16,346 nucleotides of DNA from an uncultured Nitrososphaerota archaeon (GTDB lineage: Archaea > Thermoproteota > EX4484-205 > JAAOZO01), in NCBI GenBank assembly GCA_964408285.1, contig CAYOYV010000021.1, positions 1-16,346 on the forward strand, written 5' to 3'. Made by a program: the position numbers and the translations under genes. The notes under the pieces are model-generated. The model was not told the DNA's origin, ran no database searches, and worked only from the letters and a program-made list of their open reading frames with translations. Shown one piece after another: positions 8,205 through 15,694 of the stretch (the first letter of the stretch is position 1; the number at the start of each line of letters is the position of its first letter).

Positions 8205-9401
8205 ATGCGCTACACCACAAATGACATAGCTACATTGCGTGAGCTTGGACAAGAGATTGCGGAAATAGCAGCCTTACCCATCAATGAGCATCGAACGGAG
8301 TTGTACGAAAGGATAAACAATCTGGAGAGGGCAAAACCTCCCGTCCACATCTACGAGATCCCGTGGCATGAGATGAACCTGAATGATGAACTCACCCTCA
8401 CGACAAAAGATCCTTTCTGTCAGGGTATCGAGATGGAATTGAGACGCACACTCTATTCCTGGAGGCATATGCAGGCTGACATGATAGTTGAGCCTGTGAT
8501 CGTGCAGCCCCTCTGTATCAATGACACTGGCTTTGGGATCACTGAGCAAGCTGACATTCTCAGACCCGATGTGAAGAGCGACGTTGTATCCCGTCGCTAT
8601 CATGTGCAGATCAAGGACGAAGGTGACATCGAGAAAATCAGAATGCCAGTGATAACATTCGATGCGGAGAAGACTGAACAGGAATACCAGATGAGGTGCG
8701 AGATATTCGACGGCACTTTGCCAGTTGAGAAGCGAGGGTTACCCTTGTATGTGCGCGGGGGCATCAGGTGCTTCTGGTTCAATCCATGGGACGACATCGT
8801 CAGATTCACGGGTGTAAGGGAAGTATTGACAGACATGTTTCGAAGACCACTTTATGTGCATAGCATCGTTGACAGGATGGTTGACGCGTGGCTTAGTCGT
8901 CTCAATCAGTATGAACGTCTTGGACTTCTGCAAGCTCCTCCGTCAAAACTGTGGGGCGTAGGAGCGGCTCAGGTATTTTCGGCAGTTTCTCCGGCAATGC
9001 ATGAAGAGTTCGCGTTGAAGCATGAAGCTCGCTGGTATGAAAGGTTCGGACAGAACTTCTACGGTTGCTGTGAGCCACTTCATGACAGGGTTGACCTCAT
9101 CAAGAAGAATATCCCTAGGTTACGGAAGATTTCGATGAGCCCGTTTGTCGACTTCGATAAGGCTGTTGAAAACGTTGGAGACCGACTCGTTTTCGCTTGG
9201 AAACCCAATCCAGCTGTCCTTGCAGCTCCAGTATGGGATCCTCAGGCAGTGCGCAGAGATATGGAGAAGAAACTCGAGATAGCCAGAAATTGCGTCGTTG
9301 AGATACATATGAAAGACATCAGTACTGTAAGATATCAACCTCAACGTCTCTGGGAGTGGGCACAAATAGCCGCCGAAGTCACGAGCAAATACTCGTCGTA
9401 G
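8205..9401 (+). CDS. Uroporphyrinogen decarboxylase/CIMS-like superfamily protein of unknown function
   Basis: EIPWHE; VSPAMHEEF; YGCCEPLH; IPRLRKISMSP; WKPNP; EIHMKDISTV. These match a URO-D-like TIM-barrel family of anaerobes as I recall it. Confidence 0.75.
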   Translation: MRYTTNDIATLRELGQEIAEIAALPINEHRTELYERINNLERAKPPVHIYEIPWHEMNLNDELTLTTKDPFCQGIEMELRRTLYSWRHMQADMIVEPVIVQPLCINDTGFGITEQADILRPDVKSDVVSRRYHVQIKDEGDIEKIRMPVITFDAEKTEQEYQMRCEIFDGTLPVEKRGLPLYVRGGIRCFWFNPWDDIVRFTGVREVLTDMFRRPLYVHSIVDRMVDAWLSRLNQYERLGLLQAPPSKLWGVGAAQVFSAVSPAMHEEFALKHEARWYERFGQNFYGCCEPLHDRVDLIKKNIPRLRKISMSPFVDFDKAVENVGDRLVFAWKPNPAVLAAPVWDPQAVRRDMEKKLEIARNCVVEIHMKDISTVRYQPQRLWEWAQIAAEVTSKYSS

Positions 9402-9473
9402 AGTGCGAGCCCATTGGATGCTGTCGTGAGAATTTCCGATTAGCAGTCTTTGAATGAAGTTCTAATCGCGTTG

Positions 9474-9489
9474 GGTCGCGCGCGCGACC
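9474..9489. repeat. Perfect 16-bp palindrome GGTCGCGCGCGCGACC containing (CG)5
   Basis: Read directly. Extends to 9467-9495 with G-T pairs and one bulge. Confidence 0.9.
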
Positions 9490-9510
9490 TGCGCGTCAAT
9501 AGTTAAATAT

Positions 9511-9640
9511 CGTATTCGTTGGCCTCGGACGCCGTTCCAACCATATCCGAAGAGACGGAGAAGGTATTAGAATCCGTCTGTGGTCTTGAGAAGAGAAAGT
9601 TCGATCAAGCCGTCCGTGCAAAAGCGCGCCAACGATTACG
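9511..9640. repeat. 13-bp inverted repeat (12/13 match) enclosing nested stems
   Basis: CGTATTCGTTGGC (9511-9523) vs GCCAACGATTACG (9628-9640); inner pairs CGGACG/CGTCCG (9526-9531/9611-9616) and AGACGGA/TCCGTCT (9553-9559/9573-9579). Confidence 0.6.
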
Positions 9641-9671
9641 CTTTTAAGAGAGTTGGGACGATTAAGATCAG

Positions 9672-10454
9672 ATGAAAGACATGAAAGTGGTGCTGTGTAT
9701 GATTGACAAAAGAGCAATGATCTTAATTGCCTTTGTTTTGGGTGTTCTTCTGAGCTCTTTAGCCCTCATCCCTGTGGTTGCCAAGCCGGAAAATCCTGGG
9801 CCTCAGGACATTCAGCAGAGAATCTTCATCCACCTAGCCGGCAAAGGAAAGCCCCCATCAGGTGAGAGGGGTTACTATAAGCTGCTGGGCGCAAACTGGA
9901 AGAACTTCCCAGTACAGATAGAAGTGAATCTTGATCTGAGTAACCTTGGAAGGCAATTTGCGTTGCAGGCTATACATGTGGCAGCTGAGGAATGGGATGA
10001 TGGTTTCTACAGTCAATCTGAGGGTATTGCGTGGTATGGCGTTTCACCTAGCCTGTTCGCTGATGACATAACCACTACTACCAAAGGCTACAATGATCTC
10101 GCTTGGACTAGCGGTAAACGGGATGGCTGCAACACCATAGTCTGGGGAGATTATCCCCAACAAGGGGTCATCGCAGTTACCATTATCTGGTACAACACTA
10201 AGACTAAGGACATCTCAGAATTCGACGTGGTTTTCGACACGGATTACGCGTGGGGAGATGCCGCAAAGAATCCCAGCGTGATGGACCTTCAGAACATCGC
10301 GACTCATGAACTTGGGCATGGAGTAGGATTGGATGATCTATATCAGAGTCCAGCATATAGAGAAACAATGTATGGCTACAGCGATTATGGGGATATCATG
10401 GGAAGAGACCTATACATTGGTGATAAGGAAGGCATCCTACATCTATATCCATAG
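9672..10454 (+). CDS. Secreted matrixin-like (metzincin) zinc metalloprotease
   Basis: Hydrophobic signal-like N-terminus; EFDVVFD; DLQNIATHELGHGVGLDD zinc motif; Met-turn ETMYG. TATA-like TTTTAAG at 9642-9648. Start may be downstream at 9699 or 9717. Confidence 0.88.
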   Translation: MKDMKVVLCMIDKRAMILIAFVLGVLLSSLALIPVVAKPENPGPQDIQQRIFIHLAGKGKPPSGERGYYKLLGANWKNFPVQIEVNLDLSNLGRQFALQAIHVAAEEWDDGFYSQSEGIAWYGVSPSLFADDITTTTKGYNDLAWTSGKRDGCNTIVWGDYPQQGVIAVTIIWYNTKTKDISEFDVVFDTDYAWGDAAKNPSVMDLQNIATHELGHGVGLDDLYQSPAYRETMYGYSDYGDIMGRDLYIGDKEGILHLYP

Positions 10455-10548
10455 CACTAGTCGCTATTCATTGGACTCGGTCGTCCGCTAAGCTAGCCCG
10501 CTCTTGTTCGCGAATCTACTTCATGCAATGCATTTCACGAACAAATAC

Positions 10549-10555
10549 TTATATA
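10549..10555 (+). promoter_or_regulatory. Archaeal TATA box (TTATATA) with A-rich BRE-like sequence upstream
   Basis: 25 nt upstream of ATG 10581; preceded by CGAACAAA. Confidence 0.6.
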
Positions 10556-10580
10556 GGATTGCGGTCCTCGGCAAGATAGG

Positions 10581-10787
10581 ATGCCTTTGGATCCCCTAGA
10601 AATAGGTTTATCGCTACTATTCATTGTTCTGGGTTTGATCATAATCATCATTCTAGTCAAGACAGTAATAATGCTCATACCTGCCGCAATAGTAGCTGCA
10701 ATCGTTTACTTCCTAACAGGGAGTTACCTCTATACAGCTGGCGCATTCCTAATAATAGCAGCGATTTCGCTCCTGAAAAAGCTATGA
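10581..10787 (+). CDS. Small integral membrane protein (2-3 TM helices)
   Basis: 68 aa, almost entirely hydrophobic, KK at the C-terminus; TATA box at leaderless spacing. Confidence 0.8.
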   Translation: MPLDPLEIGLSLLFIVLGLIIIIILVKTVIMLIPAAIVAAIVYFLTGSYLYTAGAFLIIAAISLLKKL

Positions 10788-10873
10788 CCTGATGTTTGTG
10801 ATTATCTCATAGCAAGAATCCGAATCAGAAAGGCAATGGCGAACCCAATTGAAGCTATACGTGCGCGTCATGA

Positions 10874-10915
10874 GCTATCTAGATCGAATCCATCGATAGC
10901 GTTTTGACTTCTTTT
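10874..10915 (+). terminator. Possible terminator (weak hairpin plus T-rich tract) between convergent genes
   Basis: GCTATC (10874-10879) pairs with GATAGC (10895-10900), followed by TTTTGACTTCTTTT. Confidence 0.3.
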
Positions 10916-10963
10916 GCCCATGATATATATCCGAGAGAGCCAGAGGGATAATCCTCCCAAAAT

Positions 10964-11467
10964 CTACTCGAGCAGCTTTTTCCTAGAGAATTCTATCCTT
11001 TGTATCCGGTCCATCTTTTCTATTTCTGCCGTGTGCGTCTCACGAATTAATTTCAGTCTGCAGTTCGCGTATAGTGCGTCGTACACTGGACCTGCTTTGG
11101 AGACAGTCTCATGATCGTCTTCTGATTCGATGCCAAGACCTGTCATGATAGCCTCTAATCCAGCTGCCTCAGCCGCAGCCCCCATCGTGCCAGTGTCGGC
11201 TGCTCTTACGATCCTCGCCACCTCCAAGGCCGCTGGATCCTCTATCCCGTATTTCTCGATGATTGCGTCGAAACTGCACTTATCCCCATGATGACCAAGT
11301 TCGACACCCGGCGCATCGAAAGGCACGGCCCGCTCGTTTCTCACAGCTTGATCTATCTTATCTACAGGGACGAAGATGAACTCAGCTTTTTGGTCGATGA
11401 ATCTCTTTATTAGCCATGGGCAAGCTGTTCTGTCGACGTGCACATGCTGTCTCGTTACCCATTTCAT
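10964..11467 (-). CDS. chrB: Chromate resistance protein ChrB-like (C-terminal Chrome_Resist domain only)
   Basis: MKWVTR..VHVDRTACPWLIKRFID..AEFIFV, PFD.PGVELGH.GDKCSFD and IVRAAD motifs. ATG 11467 lies 22 nt downstream of TTTATAT (11496-11490). Confidence 0.88.
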   Translation of the reverse strand: MKWVTRQHVHVDRTACPWLIKRFIDQKAEFIFVPVDKIDQAVRNERAVPFDAPGVELGHHGDKCSFDAIIEKYGIEDPAALEVARIVRAADTGTMGAAAEAAGLEAIMTGLGIESEDDHETVSKAGPVYDALYANCRLKLIRETHTAEIEKMDRIQRIEFSRKKLLE

Positions 11468-11489
11468 GAGGTCATCAGCTGGCGAGAGC

Positions 11490-11496
11490 ATATAAA
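11490..11496 (-). promoter_or_regulatory. Archaeal TATA box for the chrB-like gene
   Basis: TTTATAT on the minus strand, 22 nt before the ATG encoding MKWVTR. Confidence 0.6.
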
Positions 11497-11601
11497 CCAG
11501 CAATTGGCGCATTATTCGGCACATGAGGGCTGGAGACTAACTGTGATCCTCATGACGCTCCTGACGTAATCACGTCGCATCTATGAAGGGGATGAAAGGA
11601 C

Positions 11602-12387
11602 ATGAAGTATCCCACTTCTACAAGATATCGATTGCCTCAGGACACCCCTCGGCCGATTCGTCAACTTCTGGAGAGGGTTGTCCCCCATATCCACCGGATT
11701 ATTGGCAGGAACCTTATCGGAATATATCTGCACGGTTCCCTCGCTATGGGCTCGTTTCAGCTTCGTTCAAGCGACATAGATATGATTCTGGTTGTGCAGA
11801 AAGAGGCCTGCAAAACAACCAGAAAGAGAATTATTCAGTATCTCGATGCTGTCCGATCTGGAGACGCCTCGATCGAAATAAGTGTCTTCTCGGAAGAGGT
11901 ACTTCGAAGGCCCAAATATCCAATCAAGGTCAATCTGCGATACGACTATCCTGACAACATATTCGAGAACGAGCGAGACAAGGAAGTCCTGGCTCACCTC
12001 TTCGAAACAAGGGAGAGAGGATTCTTAGTGTGGGGCAAACCCGTCAGGGAGGTCTTCTCAGCAATACCGGCTTGCTGGTACCTCTTAGCCTCAGTTCACG
12101 ACTTAAGACACACCAGGAGATATCTTCTGAAAAATCCGTCCTATTGGGTGTTGAATGCGTGCAGAACAATCGCATTCAACAAGACCCATCGTGTTTTCTC
12201 CAAACCGGAAGGAGGAGAATGGGCAGGCAGCAACCTCCCCCCGAAATATCACGATCTAATCAATCGAATCTTGTCCTGCCATAGAAAGAGAACGTACAGA
12301 GGTCGGATTGCCTGGAATGTGCGTGAACTCAAGGAGTTTGCCGACTACTTCTTCAAAGCGATTAAGACCCAACCTCATAACCAATGA
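11602..12387 (+). CDS. Aminoglycoside adenylyltransferase-like nucleotidyltransferase (AadA/ANT-like, NTase plus DUF4111)
   Basis: GIYLHGSLAMGSF..SSDIDM Pol-beta motif; IEISV third acidic residue; LAH..TRERG..WGKP..EVF; PSYWVLNACRT; SKPEGGEWA. Confidence 0.82.
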   Translation: MKYPTSTRYRLPQDTPRPIRQLLERVVPHIHRIIGRNLIGIYLHGSLAMGSFQLRSSDIDMILVVQKEACKTTRKRIIQYLDAVRSGDASIEISVFSEEVLRRPKYPIKVNLRYDYPDNIFENERDKEVLAHLFETRERGFLVWGKPVREVFSAIPACWYLLASVHDLRHTRRYLLKNPSYWVLNACRTIAFNKTHRVFSKPEGGEWAGSNLPPKYHDLINRILSCHRKRTYRGRIAWNVRELKEFADYFFKAIKTQPHNQ

Positions 12388-12435
12388 TCTGAAGTCTTCA
12401 ATGTGGCACCCAGCGGGTGGGCGCCCTGTGATATA

Positions 12436-12474
12436 TTTTATAAGGACAATTACTAATCGAACTCTGAAGAGGAG
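12436..12474 (+). promoter_or_regulatory. TATA box and SD for the MBL-protease pair
   Basis: TTTTATAA at 12436-12443 and GAGGAG at 12469-12474, before ATG 12481. Confidence 0.55.
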
Positions 12475-12480
12475 AAAGGG

Positions 12481-13449
12481 ATGCAAGGGAATAACGATTT
12501 CTTTGATTCGAGGCACTTTAGAATTCGGCCATTGGCTGATGGCGTTTATGCCGCGATCGCAGTCGACGGCGGAGCTGCGAGCTGCAACTCAGGCATCATA
12601 GACCTTGGTGACTTCACGGTAATCTTCGATTCCTTTCTTACTCCACAAGCTGCAATTGACCTTCTCGCCGCATCAGAGAAGCTGTCAGGAAGTCCCGTGC
12701 AGTACGTGATCAACAGCCATCGTCACAGCGATCACATCCGCGGGAATCAGGTGTTCAGGCAGGCGAAGATTGTATCCACTGCGAAGACCCGCGAGTGGCT
12801 CGCATTGAAGGGGCAAGAAGACATCAGGCTGGACGCAGAGGAGGCTACCAGAGAGTTGCGGGCCCTGGAGACTGGTCAAAACGCGACTATGCAGGACGAA
12901 ATTGATTTGTGGAGGGGTTGCTACCGCGGAGTCCTAGAATCCATTCCGACTCTCGAACTCAAATTGCCAAACTTGACTTTCGACACTAGAATGATCTTCC
13001 ACGGAGCGAGTAGAACTGCGGAGATCGTCACATATGGCGGGGGCCATACCGAGAGCGATGCTATTTTGCTCCTTCCCAACGAACGGATCGCGTTCATGGG
13101 CGATCTGCTCTTTGTCAAGATGCACCCTTGGCTTTCGAGTGGAGATCCAACAGAATTCGTTCGAATTCTTGAGAAAGTCGAAACCCTCGATTTGAAGACA
13201 TTTGTCCCTGGCCACGGGCTGGTTGGAATGTCTGGTGATATCGCGCTGAATCGCAAGTATGTTGCAGACCTTGAGAGGCTAGCAGCCGCAGCATTCAATG
13301 AGGGCCGCTCAGAAGAGCAAGTGGCTCATATGGCGATCCCCTCGGCTTTCGCAACTTGGAGGTTCCGCGTTTTCTTTGAGGCCAATATGCGTTTTCTGTA
13401 CAAGAGGATAGAAACTGCGATGAACAGAACTAATAGAGGCGTTTGCTAG
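12481..13449 (+). CDS. Metallo-beta-lactamase fold hydrolase (cyclase-like subfamily)
   Basis: NSGII..VIFDS; INSHRHSDHIRGN (HxHxDH); GHTESD; FMGDLLF; VPGHG. Confidence 0.93.
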   Translation: MQGNNDFFDSRHFRIRPLADGVYAAIAVDGGAASCNSGIIDLGDFTVIFDSFLTPQAAIDLLAASEKLSGSPVQYVINSHRHSDHIRGNQVFRQAKIVSTAKTREWLALKGQEDIRLDAEEATRELRALETGQNATMQDEIDLWRGCYRGVLESIPTLELKLPNLTFDTRMIFHGASRTAEIVTYGGGHTESDAILLLPNERIAFMGDLLFVKMHPWLSSGDPTEFVRILEKVETLDLKTFVPGHGLVGMSGDIALNRKYVADLERLAAAAFNEGRSEEQVAHMAIPSAFATWRFRVFFEANMRFLYKRIETAMNRTNRGVC

Positions 13450-14681
13450 TGAGTACTGGCGTAGAACCTAGCCAAGGTGAGTCTGAGTCCGCAGATAGCC
13501 TGTTCATGGCAGGCGAGTTCAGCAAAGCCAACGAGAGCTACCTTGAAGTGTTAGGCCAAGACCCCGACAATTACCAGGCCATTACTCGCCTAGGCCAAAT
13601 CGCATTGCTCGCAAACCAATTGGATGAGGCCTATGGATGGCTAACTAGGGCGGCAGAACTCAAGCCTGGGGATTCGAATCCAAGATCCTTACTGGCAGAG
13701 GTCTTCTGTCGGAGCGATGCATTTCAACGAGCGACCCCATTGTTTCGCCTGATAGGCAGAGAAGCATTAGCAAACAAGCTGGAAAGCTTCAGAGAGGCCT
13801 TGCCCTATCAAATCGAGGGAGAGGCTGAAGAAGTGAATCTGAAGTTTGCAGTTACGGATCCACTTCCAGTTGTCCAGGTCAGGGTGAATGACAGTGAGCT
13901 TGTCAATTTCATTATAGACACTGGTGCAGCTGAGGTGGTCCTCGACCGGGAGTTCGCGAAGGAAATGGCTGCAGCGCAATTCGGTTCGGAGACTGGGATA
14001 TTCGCAGGCGGAAAAAAGGCCGGCTTTGGACATGGGGCAGTGAATTCTTTGACACTGGGCGATTTCACAATGAGGAACGTGCCAGTAATCACCATGGATG
14101 TGCAACGCTTCTCTGAACCGATCTTTGGGAAGACAAAGGTGAAGGGTATTATCGGAACAGTAATGCTCTACCATTTCTTGGCAACAATCGATTATCCGGG
14201 CGAACAGCTTTTTCTGCGAAAAAAAACTGAGGAAAATTCCAGACGAATCGCAAGAGAAGACGAAGAACAGAAATCATTCATCGTTCCCTTCTGGATGGCT
14301 GGTGATCATTACATGGTAGCATGGGGAAGAGTCAACAATTGTCAACCAATGCTTTTCCTTGTGGACACAGGGTTAGCTGGTGGCGGGTTCACATGTCCCG
14401 AGTCTACTCTGAAGAAAGCGGGTATCCAGTTGCAGGAGAACATGGCAGGGGAGGGAATCGGCGGAGGAGGAAAAGTAAGAGTTGTCCCATTCATCGTCGA
14501 TGGACTATCGTTGGGAGCTGCTATGGAACATAACGTTCAAGGACTATATACCGAGAATTTCCCTTTAGAAGACACCCTCGGTTTTCACATCGGAGGGATA
14601 ATTTCGCATGGATTCTTCAGATATTATGCTTTGACCTTGGATTTCTCCAAGATGAAATATCTTTTAAGAAGAAGGGAATGA
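13449..14681 (+). CDS. TPR-repeat protein with two tandem retropepsin-like aspartic protease domains
   Basis: N-terminal TPR helices (ADSLFMAGEF.KA..Y; LGQIALL.NQLDEA..WL.RA.ELKP); FIIDTGA...GIIG and FLVDTGL...GGIIS. GTG 13449 overlaps the MBL stop (TAGTG); TTG 13443 is an alternative start. Confidence 0.88.
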   Translation: MSTGVEPSQGESESADSLFMAGEFSKANESYLEVLGQDPDNYQAITRLGQIALLANQLDEAYGWLTRAAELKPGDSNPRSLLAEVFCRSDAFQRATPLFRLIGREALANKLESFREALPYQIEGEAEEVNLKFAVTDPLPVVQVRVNDSELVNFIIDTGAAEVVLDREFAKEMAAAQFGSETGIFAGGKKAGFGHGAVNSLTLGDFTMRNVPVITMDVQRFSEPIFGKTKVKGIIGTVMLYHFLATIDYPGEQLFLRKKTEENSRRIAREDEEQKSFIVPFWMAGDHYMVAWGRVNNCQPMLFLVDTGLAGGGFTCPESTLKKAGIQLQENMAGEGIGGGGKVRVVPFIVDGLSLGAAMEHNVQGLYTENFPLEDTLGFHIGGIISHGFFRYYALTLDFSKMKYLLRRRE

Positions 14682-14866
14682 GGAGCACATGCTAGAAAAC
14701 GAACGTCACATGCCGGCTGAGCTCTTGCTGAGTAGTCGCACGCACATTCTCCAGTAGGTATCTGGTATGGCAAGTTAGAAGAGGGACGCACAATTCGAGA
14801 TGGCGAATCATCAGCTTCCTAATCCTTAGGGCGAATCTTCTTAAATCTCTCCGGCCAGTGGGAAAC

Positions 14867-15694
14867 ATGGAACCCGGGCCCTACTGGGCTTATCAAACCA
14901 TTGAAAAAAGCTCACTAACGGAGCTCATATCATCTCGCCCACTGCAACCGTTGAACCAAATACTGGAAACCAAACGAAAGGCAGCGAGGGAAGCATGCCT
15001 GCAGAGCCTAAGGAAGGATCCAGAAGCCGAGATCATCGCAATAGTCGGCTCAGTTGCTAATGGCGATATCATAGGATGGTTCAGTGATGTCGACTTGGTC
15101 GTCATAACGAGGAAGCCAAGGAAAGAGGAAATGATCGAAGTAGGACATCAGCCATTATTCATCGAATATTATGATTGGGTGGGTTTCGAGGATCTCCTTG
15201 CTAGAAGAATCTCACGAGATGAGTATGAGGCGAGGAGCAGTTACTTGTTCTTCTACGGTAATCCGTACTATCTGCATTCCTTCAGAGAGAGCAGGGCAAG
15301 ATATGAACGGACAGTCACGTTAGGAATCCAAGCGCTTTGGAACGATTACTCCAAAATTGAAGAGTATTTGGATGATTTTGTTTGGTTCTATGGGTCAGCG
15401 AAAGAAGCACTAAGGCGGAACCAAACTTTGACCGCGATGGGGAAGCTTCAAAGGGGAGCCACCCTCCTCCTGAGATACTACCTCATCAAAAACAAGATCC
15501 TTTTGAGGAAACCGTTGCCGGATGAAAGAACAATTATTCAGCTTAGGAATTCGGAAGTGCCTAAGGAACTAGTCGATTTCACGGAGCAATTGTACCGAGG
15601 AAGGCTTGAAGTGGAAATGCTGCTTCAGCGTTCTAGAGAAATCTATCTCCTCATAACTAACGGACGCAAATGGATGAACGAGATTCCAGTCTGA
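14867..15694 (+). CDS. Pol-beta superfamily nucleotidyltransferase with C-terminal helical (HEPN/KNTase-C-like) domain
   Basis: IIAIVGSVANGD...SDVDLVVI motif, later FIEYY, then a helical C-terminal half. TTAAAT at 14841-14846 favours ATG 14867 over GTG 14858. Confidence 0.78.
   Translation: MEPGPYWAYQTIEKSSLTELISSRPLQPLNQILETKRKAAREACLQSLRKDPEAEIIAIVGSVANGDIIGWFSDVDLVVITRKPRKEEMIEVGHQPLFIEYYDWVGFEDLLARRISRDEYEARSSYLFFYGNPYYLHSFRESRARYERTVTLGIQALWNDYSKIEEYLDDFVWFYGSAKEALRRNQTLTAMGKLQRGATLLLRYYLIKNKILLRKPLPDERTIIQLRNSEVPKELVDFTEQLYRGRLEVEMLLQRSREIYLLITNGRKWMNEIPV

Noticed and set aside
10922-10931. GATATATATC palindrome and the 10914-11114 ORF
   Set aside because: Short AT repeat; the ORF is mostly antisense to the chrB-like gene and has no motifs.
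11563-11576. GACGT-AATC-ACGTC palindrome in the chrB/NTase divergent spacer
   Set aside because: 5-bp arms and a single occurrence; not distinguishable from chance.
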